Shown in pieces: positions 38,101 to 46,388 of a stretch of DNA of 47,751 bases. The notes under the pieces are model-generated. The model did not search any database and had not been told where the DNA came from. It saw only the letters and a program-made list of their open reading frames with translations. The DNA comes from Candidatus Puniceispirillum sp. (lineage in GTDB: Bacteria; Electryoneota; RPQS01; DYHQ01), in the NCBI GenBank assembly GCA_020724065.1, contig DYHQ01000004.1, positions 1-47,751 of the forward strand, read 5' to 3'. Position numbers and translations under genes: made by a program. Position 1 is the stretch's first letter; every line of letters starts with the position of its first letter.

Positions 38101-38262
38101 ACACCGGCGGGAAGACATCTGCGCGACTTGCATGTCGGTTTTGGATTTGGACCTCGCTTGCGATTGGGCTTCTTGCTTCTGCAGTGGGATGTTGCCTGGA
38201 GGACAGATTTGCTCGAGACCTCGAAACCGAGTTATTACTTCTCTCTGGGCGCAGAATTCTGA
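35134..38262 (+). CDS. Omp85-family outer-membrane protein with an N-terminal MA-clan zinc metallopeptidase and a PD40/TolB-like propeller
   Basis: FGKNKVQY, HHELAH plus LWFSEGLAEY; PAISPDG, WSPDG and FTPDG repeats; barrel with PFRGG, EFRFP, FTDIG, GFGPRL and terminal FSLGAEF. Confidence 0.88.
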   Translation: MHDGRHKQGEPDRGCLLFAQFLIRSLGFLLLLAPGLVQGEYFGKNKVQYETFHWRYIQSEHFDVYFTEEGEEIAEFVAETAEQALENLQRSFDYRLDDRITIITYLSHNNFEQTNVTMELPEESLGGFTEFLKNRVVIPFQGSYEEYRHVIHHELAHAVMLRMLHGSGFQSILIGAATMQLPLWFSEGLAEYESRNGWDTESDMFMRDATVSGYLPDMEMLNGYMAYKGGQSILYFIDQRYGSQKVGEILNKLRSNRDLEKSIKAAIGLDMEEFNRRWKTSLRRAYWPQVADMKAPEEFAERLTDHTKWRNFVNNGPAISPDGEQVAFLSDRTDYFDLYLLDVNTKKLRKLLRGERSGNFEELKWLDSRISWSPDGRMITFASKAGQSDAIYLLDVKKRKIRRSFRWSLDAVFKPVWSPDGEKIAFVGVNRGRSDIYYFDIADGQLRKATDDIFSDDDPSWAPDSKSLTFVSDRRDSLRVRGYETHIAMHRMDYRQQDIYVLRLGDDRVQRITSTEANERSPVFTPDGRNLVYSGNSSGVYNLYRLNLETTESEAFTNCLTGCLQPSYSANTRRLVFTALYDGGYDIFLLKNGLEKPAVTLVPTPFRQKGTVDFEEIVASPGSTSGGVSGHSRTYAHYVFATSGGLDTRATASDSAETTTSRLPEGGFASKNYRVKLTPDFVYATAAYSSFFGVQGSSQILFSDVLGNHLIFLNTDLYYDFNNLDNTNFQVEYYYLPRRLNYGTSFCRNVYYLDGGLVRDRTLQLGFYLAYPFTKYSRMEFDFAGHMVDRDHYDFDRGEYRYTSKRRTLLPRLAYVYDAALWGMTGPVNGSRYRVSYAYSPRLQSASSQESWGASFYILKGDFRHYMRLRQGYTWASRIAGGLSGGEKPQLFFLGGVWNWINREYQGDLPVDDIDDFYFASFVVPFRGGKYFEYQGTRFFLTNQEFRFPMVRDLKLGWPLPLEIRNIQGTLFTDIGATWNGDSLKITEDTPAGRHLRDLHVGFGFGPRLRLGFLLLQWDVAWRTDLLETSKPSYYFSLGAEF

Positions 38263-38287
38263 GTCAACTCGCACTTTCTACGAACTC

Positions 38288-39085
38288 ATGAAATCGCCTG
38301 TCAACCAAACGACCTTGCCTGATACCATCGCCAGAGTCGGGCAGCTTGCGCTCGACTTTTTTAATGAAGCGGGAACCGCCGCCATTCTCATGTTTCGCAT
38401 TCTGGCAGGCGGCAAGAACCTGTGGAAGGATCGAAAGCTCTTCTTTGAACAAGCACTTCGCCAAGGAGTCCGAAGCCTGCCCCTCGTTATGTTAGTTGGA
38501 ATTTTCACAGGCGCCGTGACGGCCTGGCAGGGAAATTATCAGTTGAAGGGCTATGTCCCGCTCCAATATCTTGGCGTAGCCACCTTGAAAGCCGTTGTTA
38601 TTGAATTGGGGCCCGTGTTGACTGCCCTCATCATCGCCGGCCGCGTATCCGCTTCCATTGCCGCTGAATTGGGAACCATGAGAGTTACTGAGCAAATAGA
38701 TGCTTTGGAATCCATGGGTATCAGTCCCATTCGTTTCTTGGCGGTGCCTCGCTTCTTCGCCAATCTCCTCATGATGCCGGTTCTGGTTGTCCTGGCAGAT
38801 TTCATCGCCATGGTGGGGGCATCCTTTGTGGCCACGGCACTCCTGGGGATGACGGCAGCGATGTTCTGGAATCAAATTCCGACTTTCTTTGAGGTCTTCG
38901 ACATCGTGGCAGGTCTTATCAAGGCCTTTGTCTTTGGAGCGATTACTGCCGTGATGGGTTGCCATATCGGATTCACCACTCGCGGCGGTGCGGAAGGAGT
39001 AGGTATGGCCACGATTCGCGCTTTTGTCTGGTCGTGTCTTCTCATTCTTGTCATGGACTATGTCCTGGCGATGATACTTTTCTGA
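38288..39085 (+). CDS. mlaE: MlaE-family ABC permease
   Basis: [39 protein letters not shown] and GGAEGVG. Likely start is ATG 38288. Confidence 0.95.
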   Translation: MKSPVNQTTLPDTIARVGQLALDFFNEAGTAAILMFRILAGGKNLWKDRKLFFEQALRQGVRSLPLVMLVGIFTGAVTAWQGNYQLKGYVPLQYLGVATLKAVVIELGPVLTALIIAGRVSASIAAELGTMRVTEQIDALESMGISPIRFLAVPRFFANLLMMPVLVVLADFIAMVGASFVATALLGMTAAMFWNQIPTFFEVFDIVAGLIKAFVFGAITAVMGCHIGFTTRGGAEGVGMATIRAFVWSCLLILVMDYVLAMILF

Positions 39086-39122
39086 GCGACAAAAAGGCCG
39101 GCTTCGAAATTGGGCAAGCGTT

Positions 39123-39884
39123 GTGATTGAAATAAGGAATCTGTACAAATCATTTGGTGTCAAATCGGTTCTGTCCGGAACCGCGCTCACCATCGCCAAA
39201 GGAGAATCTCTGGCCATTATTGGCCAATCGGGTTGCGGAAAATCTGTTCTCCTGAAGCACATCGTTGGACTTCTCAAGCCGGATGCGGGTGAGGTTATCG
39301 TGGAAGGAGAAAATATCTGGCAGGTCTCGCTGGAGCGCCTCTATGAAATCCGACAGAAATTTGGAGTCTTGTTTCAGGGAGCGGCTCTTTTCGACTCCAT
39401 GAATGTCGCGGAGAATATCTCCCTCGGCCTTCGCGAGCACACGCTCATGAGCGAAACGGCGATCGCTGCGCGCGTGAAGGACTGCCTGGCCATGGTTGGT
39501 CTATCCGGCAGTGAAGATATGAAGCCGTCCGAGCTTTCCGGCGGGATGAAGAAGCGAGTAGGCTTGGCGCGGGCGATTGCGATGAAACCGAGCTATGTAC
39601 TTTACGACGAGCCGACGACAGGTCTCGATCCCATCACCGCCGACACCATCAACGACCTCATTATCCGATTGAACGAACGGCTCCATGTAACGACGGTTGT
39701 TGTGACGCACGACATGGTCAGTACCTACAAAGTGGCTGATCGCATTGTCATGCTGCACGATGGCAAAATCATTTACTCCGGGACGCCTTCGGAGGTTCGT
39801 GAAACCGATAATCCCGTCGTTCGTCAATTCATCGAAGGTCGCGCTGAAGGCCCCATCAAGACGGCTACTACCCGCGCGACATAA
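39123..39884 (+). CDS. mlaF: MlaF-family ABC ATPase
   Basis: [42 protein letters not shown] and VVTHD. Confidence 0.95.
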   Translation: MIEIRNLYKSFGVKSVLSGTALTIAKGESLAIIGQSGCGKSVLLKHIVGLLKPDAGEVIVEGENIWQVSLERLYEIRQKFGVLFQGAALFDSMNVAENISLGLREHTLMSETAIAARVKDCLAMVGLSGSEDMKPSELSGGMKKRVGLARAIAMKPSYVLYDEPTTGLDPITADTINDLIIRLNERLHVTTVVVTHDMVSTYKVADRIVMLHDGKIIYSGTPSEVRETDNPVVRQFIEGRAEGPIKTATTRAT

Positions 39885-39913
39885 TCAAGTCGCTGCTACC
39901 AACAGGAGAAGAG

Positions 39914-39946
39914 AAGGCCACGCCATTCTGTATCGGTGTGGCCTTT
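39914..39946. terminator. Terminator-like hairpin between convergent mlaF and lipoprotein genes
   Basis: AAGGCCACGCC...GGTGTGGCCTTT. Confidence 0.55.
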
Positions 39947-39993
39947 CAACATTCCGGGCGGGTCAGGCGACACCGCCTTGGCGGCTATAAATC

Positions 39994-40998
39994 CTATTGG
40001 ACTCGGTTTAGGATATAGATTCCGTCCTCATCGTCGAAATAGATTCGACTTCCGTCCGAGGTAGGCTGGGGGCGCGTTCCGGTCGCCGTCAATTGCTGCG
40101 CCCCTCCTCCCGTTACAGGAATTGTCCAGATTCCCGCGGCTGAAGCTCCCGATAGCTTTACGAAAGCCGCACAGTTCTCCTGCAAGAAAGCCGCAGGCAT
40201 AGATGCCCCTATGGCAAGCAAGTGCGGTGAATGAGGCGAGGTCACCGAGACCGCATAGAGATCAAGAGCCCCTCCCTCCGTGAACTCGTAGACTATTTGC
40301 TGGGAATCCCACGCCCACGAGAAACTACCGCTAAAGAAGGCGAGAAGTTCTTCAGTGAGGCTATCCATTGTCAGACTATGCAGCGACCACCCCTGAGAAC
40401 CTACTTGTGAAATTTGAAACGCAATCCGCCGCCCGTCAGGAGATACCTCGGGTGCCCGACCCTGCTCGGCAATACGAATCCGCGTCGAAGGGCTGCGACT
40501 GTTTCGAAAGATTCCTTCGTTGTCTGTTCCATCTTCAGGGCCCGCGCAATAGAGGACATTTGAATCGTCAGGTTCCCATGTTGGCGCCGAACCTCTGTCC
40601 CACAGTTGCAGTAGCTCCAAAGTCTCAACATCAATCATCCAAATTCCCGCGTTCTCTGTGCCGACCTCGCCTGGTGCGGAGAAAGCCAGATATTTCGCGT
40701 CGCCTGACCACACATAGTCCCACGAATGAGGTGGCGAGCCAGCTGCAAGCTGAATGACCGTATCCGCCCTCATAAGATAGATTCCCGCCGTGTGATTCGG
40801 TGTCCCCTCCGCGGCAAATGCCAGTAGGTCTCCGTCCGGTGATGGAACGGGTCGCTGTCCGAAGTCAACAACGCGAGCGAGCTCCCAGGATTTCGTAGCG
40901 GGAATCTCTTCGTCCTCCGAGCATCCAGAGAAAGAAACCGCTACGCAGAAAAAAAGGAGTAGCGCCCAGCTTGCTGGGCTATGAAATCGCATAGACAT
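39994..40998 (-). CDS. TolB/PD40-like beta-propeller lipoprotein
   Basis: Lipobox-like VSFSGC; repeats PSPDG, WSGDA, PTWEPD, VSPDG and PTSDG. The start (40998 or 40992) is uncertain. Confidence 0.75.
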   Translation of the reverse strand: MSMRFHSPASWALLLFFCVAVSFSGCSEDEEIPATKSWELARVVDFGQRPVPSPDGDLLAFAAEGTPNHTAGIYLMRADTVIQLAAGSPPHSWDYVWSGDAKYLAFSAPGEVGTENAGIWMIDVETLELLQLWDRGSAPTWEPDDSNVLYCAGPEDGTDNEGIFRNSRSPSTRIRIAEQGRAPEVSPDGRRIAFQISQVGSQGWSLHSLTMDSLTEELLAFFSGSFSWAWDSQQIVYEFTEGGALDLYAVSVTSPHSPHLLAIGASMPAAFLQENCAAFVKLSGASAAGIWTIPVTGGGAQQLTATGTRPQPTSDGSRIYFDDEDGIYILNRVQ

Positions 40999-41031
40999 TA
41001 CAGCATTCCGGCCCAGCAAGCTGGGCGCTAC
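40959..41031. repeat. REPIN-like doublet of perfect inverted GTAG REPs
   Basis: GTAGCGCCCAGCTTGCTGGGC (40959-40979) and its exact reverse complement (41011-41031), with a 31-bp spacer. Confidence 0.85.
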
Positions 41032-41068
41032 GATGATTCAAGAAGCAAATTCTTCCGCTGCCTTACTT

Positions 41069-42529
41069 TCATGATGCCTTATCGGGTACTCCAATTTGAA
41101 TGTCTCGGAATCGAGCCGGAGAAGCTCCGTGCGACATCGCAGCAACCTGTCCCGGCTGTCCCTTGCCGCAGTTGACAACTCCCCAGAGCGTCCACCATGC
41201 AGGCCCAGCAATGGCATCGCACGCCCCCCAGAACTCAGGCGTCATACTCTGATAAGTCGGATTCTTCACCAAATCCTGCAACTTCCCTCCATGAATCTCG
41301 CGCCCAAGCTCGCAGGTGAATTGGAAGTTCAGTCGCTTCTGATCAATAGACCAAGACTTATTTGTCTCCATGTAGATTCCATCGTCAACTTCGGCAATCA
41401 TATCATTCAAGTTGCGGTCGCCGGGTTCGAGAGAAAGATTTCCGTTGCGAATAATGGGAATATGCGACCAATCTTCCGCACGACAATTTCCCGTCGAACG
41501 AGGCCTGCCCAAAAGCCCGGCTATCTCTCGAGAAGTTTGATACCCAACAAAAATCCCGTTCTTCACAATATGCCAGCGCTGAGCTCGGACGCCGTCATCA
41601 TCGAAGCCGAAGGTCGCCAAGCCTCCGGGGATCGTGCTGTCGCAATAGAGATTCACCATGTCGGATCCGTAGCGAAAACTCCCCTCTTTCTCCAAAGTGG
41701 CAAAGCTCGTTCCCGCGAAATTGGCCTCCATTCCCAAGACTCGATCAAGTTCCGTGGCGTGCCCGACCGATTCGTGAATTTGCAACGCAAGCTGCGAACC
41801 GCCGAGAATCAGCGTCGTCCTTTTTCGAGGACAGGATTTGGCCGAAAGCAGAGCCATTGCCTCTTCGCGAACGCGCTCGGCCTCACGCAGAAGGTGCAAG
41901 CCTCGCACAAGTTCATAGCCCAATGCCATATATTGCCCGCCAAAGGAATTCGGATAGCTGCGGATTTGCACCTCGGACCCATCCACAGCAGTTGCCGAGT
42001 AACCTGCGCCGGAAAGAAGCAATCTCTGGTCAGCGAGAGTTCCCTCGCTCGTTGCCAGAATCCGATGCTCGCGGTCGAAGCGCATGCCGCTCTCGGCGAC
42101 TCTTATCCGAGGCGACTTCCGGAGAACCTCGTCCACGGCAAACAGCAGCTCCAATTTCTCACTCACAGGAACATTGAAAGGATCCTCAACGGAGGGAGCA
42201 AGCCAAGTCTCTTGGGCGGGAGACTCCGGAGACAAAACGACATCCCTCTCCTTGGCCGTGCTGCTGGCGAGCGCGATCTCCACCGCCAGAGCTGTCACGC
42301 GTCTCACTTCGGATTCCTCGACGCGTGAAGAAGCGGCAAATCCCCAAGCGCCTCGGCAGATGACACGCACGCCGAAGCCTTCGCTTGTCGAAGAGTCCAT
42401 GTTGGCGATATTGCCGTTGCGGATGATAATGTTCTCGCGCTCTTTGGTGATGAGGCGAATATCCGCGTAGGTTGCTCCAAGTCTTTTTGCCTCACTTAGC
42501 GCGATGGATGTCAGGGAATTGGATTTCAT
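41069..42529 (-). CDS. tldD: TldD-family metalloprotease (catalytic subunit)
   Basis: GFGVRV..GAWGFA, the HESVGH zinc motif, FDDDG and NCGKGQP. Confidence 0.93.
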   Translation of the reverse strand: MKSNSLTSIALSEAKRLGATYADIRLITKERENIIIRNGNIANMDSSTSEGFGVRVICRGAWGFAASSRVEESEVRRVTALAVEIALASSTAKERDVVLSPESPAQETWLAPSVEDPFNVPVSEKLELLFAVDEVLRKSPRIRVAESGMRFDREHRILATSEGTLADQRLLLSGAGYSATAVDGSEVQIRSYPNSFGGQYMALGYELVRGLHLLREAERVREEAMALLSAKSCPRKRTTLILGGSQLALQIHESVGHATELDRVLGMEANFAGTSFATLEKEGSFRYGSDMVNLYCDSTIPGGLATFGFDDDGVRAQRWHIVKNGIFVGYQTSREIAGLLGRPRSTGNCRAEDWSHIPIIRNGNLSLEPGDRNLNDMIAEVDDGIYMETNKSWSIDQKRLNFQFTCELGREIHGGKLQDLVKNPTYQSMTPEFWGACDAIAGPAWWTLWGVVNCGKGQPGQVAAMSHGASPARFRDIQIGVPDKAS

Positions 42530-42588
42530 GCAGATTTAGACTTCGTTCTATTCATGGATTGTGACAAAACAGTTTTGAAAAAGTCCTA

Positions 42589-43941
42589 TTAGAATTCCGT
42601 CCCGCTCGAGAAATTGAAGCGGCGGATTTTCAGAGCAGGAGCCGTATAGGCACCGGGACCCCAATCCGCGAGCATCGTCTCCGGTTCCCGCGAAATGAGC
42701 TCGACTTCATTCAGCGCGTCCACGACAGATTGGGTGAAACGCAAATTCTTCAAAGGAGATGTTACTTCTCCATTCTCTATCAAGAATGTCCCGTCGCGAG
42801 TCATGCCCGTCAGAACGAGCTTCATCGGTTCGACCAAATTCGTGTAGTGAAACCGAGTCACCAAAATGCCGCGCTTGGTCGAAGCGATCATCTCTACAAC
42901 GGATGACTCTCCGGACGCCAAGATGAGATTCAGGGGCATGGGCCCCTCGACGCTCGGCTGTGGCAACGCATGACCTGTTGTCTCCGTGTGAGCTCTCTGT
43001 GCCGTCACTCGATCGTGAACTACTGCTTTGGCAACACCCTTTTCGATGAGAGTAACAGGCTGCCGTGGGAGTCCCTCAAAATCAAAGGGAAGCCCGCGTT
43101 GCAGGGGATGGAAGGCATTGTCATGTATCGTTATGTTTTCTCCGAATATCCGCTGCCCAAGCCGTCCCGCCATGAAAGTACGGTCTTCCACAAATCCTAA
43201 GCCCCCAAATCCAAACCAGCCCATGAATTGAAGAACCTCAGCCACCGCCGCCGGCTCCAGGACAACCGTGTAGAGCCCGGGATCAATGCTGCGAGCATTT
43301 CGACTCGCCTCGGCTTTCTCACGAGCGACGGCCACAAGCTTGTCTACATTAATCTCGCCGAAGTCCCTGTGCGAGGCTTCCGCCCATCCCGACGAATCCC
43401 CGGTCTGCACCGACACACTAAAGGTCGCGGTCGTGTCTTTGTGCGAAACGAGCAGCCCTTTTGTGTTGGCAACTGCAACGGCTCCCCAGCCCGTTGAACA
43501 AATCCCCGCCGCCTGCAATCCCGCTTTCTTGCATTTCGAGATGGCTTTTAACACTGCAGCGGCGCGGGCTTCAGCTCGAAGCTCCGCTGTAAAGAATTCA
43601 TAGGCCGGGATCGGCTGGACAGGCCGGGGATTCGGCAATGGCAGCATGTCCGCGGATTCCTTCTGGAGAGTTACCAGCGTGCGCGCTTTCTCGAAAGCAC
43701 GCTTCAGACTCGCCGCGTCCCTGCTGTTGGTCGCAATACGAGCCGAACATTTTCCTTTAACTACTCTTATGGTAATGGCCAATCCTTGGCGGGATACATT
43801 CTGAGATATGGCATTCCCTGCGAAGCGCGTCACTGCGCTTTCCGACAATGTGGCAATGACCTCAGCATCGCTACCATCGGAGTGGTGCAAGGCATTGCGG
43901 GCAATTTGCTCAATCTCAAGAGAAGGCTCAAGCATATTCAC
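42589..43941 (-). CDS. pmbA: PmbA/TldE-family subunit
   Basis: TRFAGNAISQN, PGLYTVVLEPAAV, FDFEG, TGHA, TGMTRDG and NLRF; no HExxxH motif. Confidence 0.88.
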   Translation of the reverse strand: MNMLEPSLEIEQIARNALHHSDGSDAEVIATLSESAVTRFAGNAISQNVSRQGLAITIRVVKGKCSARIATNSRDAASLKRAFEKARTLVTLQKESADMLPLPNPRPVQPIPAYEFFTAELRAEARAAAVLKAISKCKKAGLQAAGICSTGWGAVAVANTKGLLVSHKDTTATFSVSVQTGDSSGWAEASHRDFGEINVDKLVAVAREKAEASRNARSIDPGLYTVVLEPAAVAEVLQFMGWFGFGGLGFVEDRTFMAGRLGQRIFGENITIHDNAFHPLQRGLPFDFEGLPRQPVTLIEKGVAKAVVHDRVTAQRAHTETTGHALPQPSVEGPMPLNLILASGESSVVEMIASTKRGILVTRFHYTNLVEPMKLVLTGMTRDGTFLIENGEVTSPLKNLRFTQSVVDALNEVELISREPETMLADWGPGAYTAPALKIRRFNFSSGTEF

Positions 43942-44074
43942 CTCATGCAGCTATCGAGAGGCACAGTGACCGCCTCCAGTCAATTCTGCCTTTTAGAGCG
44001 GGAGAAAAAGGCTGTGATAATGTAAGCTATTATAATATAAACAGTTAAGGAATTTGATTTCAAGAAAAAATCTC

Positions 44075-44140
44075 TTGACTCGCAAGGTTTTCTATATTAC
44101 ATTAATAGGCGCAAATTGGATTATATTGGAAGGAGTTGGC
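44075..44140 (+). promoter_or_regulatory. dcw promoter with a putative MraZ operator
   Basis: TTGACT-N17-TACATT (44075-44103), then TTGGA, TTGGA and TTGGC at 44116, 44126 and 44136 (10-bp period). Confidence 0.6.
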
Positions 44141-44656
44141 TTGGATCAGACCGACGCTACCTTTCTCTTCCTTGGGACCCATCCGGGGACTCTGGACGAA
44201 AACGGCCGTCTCAGTATTCCTGCTGATTTCCGTCATGTCATGGAAGAATGCGGCGAAAGCGAACTTGTGTTCACTCCAGGCCGCAAAGATTTCATTTATT
44301 CCTTTCCGCGCAAGTTCTACAATTCCTACTTGAAGTCAATTGATCCCTTCAATACACTGTTTAATAAAGAAGACAGCCTGCATATCAACATCGCCATTCA
44401 TGCCTCATCCGTGCGCAAGCCAATTGACAGCCAAGGCCGGGTCACCTTGCCTCTGACGCTTTTCCAGCGTTACGGAATGAAGCGTGATATTGTATTCATC
44501 GGGTGTGGCAGTCATTTCTTGATTTGGGAAAAGGCTGCCTATGAAACCTTCGCCCGGGAAAATGGCATAACCTCCGGCGAAGCGTGGGAACGGCAGCAGC
44601 AGATGCAGGAACGCACAAAGGAGCTCCTCGATGCCTATTTGCGCAGAAATCAATGA
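44141..44656 (+). CDS. mraZ: MraZ transcriptional repressor
   Basis: FLGTHPGTLDENGRLSIPADFR and IDSQGRVTLP repeats; first gene of the dcw cluster; TTG start after AAGGAG. Confidence 0.88.
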   Translation: MDQTDATFLFLGTHPGTLDENGRLSIPADFRHVMEECGESELVFTPGRKDFIYSFPRKFYNSYLKSIDPFNTLFNKEDSLHINIAIHASSVRKPIDSQGRVTLPLTLFQRYGMKRDIVFIGCGSHFLIWEKAAYETFARENGITSGEAWERQQQMQERTKELLDAYLRRNQ

Positions 44657-45032
44657 ATCCTGCGGAATTGCATCTATCCATTTGACCGGCACCCTGACCG
44701 CGGATGCCATGCGCGAGATCGAAAACTTGTTCGTGAAGCTTGGCGACCATGGAGCCAATCGCGTGCTCCTCGACATGGCCGATGTGACCACGGTAGAGAT
44801 TCACGCCATCGCTATCCTCATCGGGATCGTCGTGGCCTTGCGAGCCAGCGGTGGCGAGCTCCGTATTGTCAATGCTGGAAGCGGGATTCTCGACATACTC
44901 GGTAATAGGCACTTTCGGCAGTTCTTCGGCATCAGCCCGTCTGTCGAAAAAGCGCTTCATCGGCTGACCAAACACAATCCTTACCGGTTCCAACACCGAC
45001 ACCAAGCGGCCCTGCTGGCAAAGCTCGCGTGA
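44631..45032 (+). CDS. STAS-domain (anti-anti-sigma-like) protein
   Basis: IHLTGTL, RVLLDMADVTTV, LRASGGELRIVN and SVEKAL. It has its own AAGGAG SD and overlaps both mraZ and rsmH. Confidence 0.82.
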   Translation: MPICAEINESCGIASIHLTGTLTADAMREIENLFVKLGDHGANRVLLDMADVTTVEIHAIAILIGIVVALRASGGELRIVNAGSGILDILGNRHFRQFFGISPSVEKALHRLTKHNPYRFQHRHQAALLAKLA

Positions 45033-45943
45033 CCACTGTTTTTCACCAGCCGGTGCTCCCGGATGAGGTGGCAGATTTGCTCGTCCACGATCCCACCGGG
45101 ATTTATGTTGACGCCACCCTTGGGGGCGGGGGTCATGCAGAGGAAATCCTGAATCGCTTGACAACAGGCCGCCTGATTGGTTTCGATTGCGATTCTGATG
45201 CCATCCGTTGGTGTGGAAAGCATCTGAACAAGAACATTGTCCTTGTTCACGCTCGGTTTTCAAATCTGTACGAAAAACTCTTGCCCCTTGCTCCCTCCAG
45301 AGTGCAGGGCGTGCTTTTTGACTTAGGAGTCTCCTCCTTCCAGTTGGAGAATTCCGATAGAGGATTTTCCTATCTGAGAGACGGTCCGCTCGACTGTCGG
45401 ATGGACGCCACTTCAGGACGAACCGCGGCGGCTCTCATCAATGAATTGAGTCGCCAAGAGCTCCGGCGGCTACTCCGAACCTATGGTGAGGAACCTCAGG
45501 CAGCTCGCATCGCGACAGCTATTGAGTACGCGCGCAAGCGAGAGCCGATTAACAGGACGCAGCAACTGGCAAGTATCATCGCGGCCGCTGTGCCGGCTGC
45601 GGGAGTCAAAGCTCTGGCTCGCACTTTTCAGGCGTTACGCATTGCCGTGAACAACGAACTCGAAGAACTGGACCGCGGTCTTGAGGCTGCTTGGAAAAGT
45701 CTTGCTTCCGGCGGACATCTTGTCGTGCTTGCGTACCATTCTTTGGAAAGCCGAAGAGTCAAGGCTTTCTTCGCCGACAAAACTCGCGGCTGCACCTGCC
45801 CGCCCAATTTGCCAGTCTGTTCGTGTGGTGGTCAGGCGCAGGCTGTTCGCCTGATTCGGAGAGCGATTCGCCCAACGCTGGGCGAAATTCGCGCCAACCC
45901 ACGCGCTCGGAGTGCCCAGCTTCGGGCCATCAAGAAATTCTAA
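45029..45943 (+). CDS. rsmH: 16S rRNA m4C1402 methyltransferase
   Basis: HQPVL, VDATLGGGGHA, DLGVSSFQL, RGFS, FQALRIAVNNEL, HSLE and NPRARSA. Confidence 0.96.
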   Translation: MTTVFHQPVLPDEVADLLVHDPTGIYVDATLGGGGHAEEILNRLTTGRLIGFDCDSDAIRWCGKHLNKNIVLVHARFSNLYEKLLPLAPSRVQGVLFDLGVSSFQLENSDRGFSYLRDGPLDCRMDATSGRTAAALINELSRQELRRLLRTYGEEPQAARIATAIEYARKREPINRTQQLASIIAAAVPAAGVKALARTFQALRIAVNNELEELDRGLEAAWKSLASGGHLVVLAYHSLESRRVKAFFADKTRGCTCPPNLPVCSCGGQAQAVRLIRRAIRPTLGEIRANPRARSAQLRAIKKF

Positions 45944-45977
45944 TTGATTTAATATAGCAATTTCCTGTTCAAAAGCA

Positions 45978-46388
45978 ATGCTAATTCTTCCCGTTTCGCG
46001 GATTTCTGTGGCGCAGTTGTCCCCTTCTCGCGGCCCGGCAGCAGCCGCAACGGCGCATCCGCGAATCAGACCACTGCGTCTCCTGCTCTTGGCCGTGCTC
46101 GGGGGTATGCTGCTGCTGACCATTCCATGGAAAAACATCGAAATCAAGCGCGTGAATATTGATCTTGCGAAGTCCAGAAGAGAATTAGCAGGATTGAAAA
46201 AGGCTCAAATCCAGCTCTCGGGAGAAATAGAAGCACTGGCTTCGTATCCGCGCGTTGCCGCGTGGGCAGAAGAGAAGTATGGCTGGACACTCGCGTCCAC
46301 GCCTCCGCACAGAGTCGTTCTTTCACGGCAGGAACTGAGTCTCGAAGCCGAAAGCCGCTGGAGTATTCTGAAGGTCAGAAATGAATAG
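45978..46388 (+). CDS. ftsL: Cell division protein FtsL-like
   Basis: Single TM plus coiled coil and ALASYPRVAAWAEEKYG; located between rsmH and ftsI. Confidence 0.75.
   Translation: MLILPVSRISVAQLSPSRGPAAAATAHPRIRPLRLLLLAVLGGMLLLTIPWKNIEIKRVNIDLAKSRRELAGLKKAQIQLSGEIEALASYPRVAAWAEEKYGWTLASTPPHRVVLSRQELSLEAESRWSILKVRNE

Noticed and set aside
41096-42328. 410-aa plus-strand ORF
   Set aside because: Antisense shadow of tldD.
44653-44685. ATGA overlap at the mraZ stop as the STAS start
   Set aside because: That ATG is out of frame and gives only a 10-aa peptide; ATG 44631 has an SD and includes the first STAS strand.
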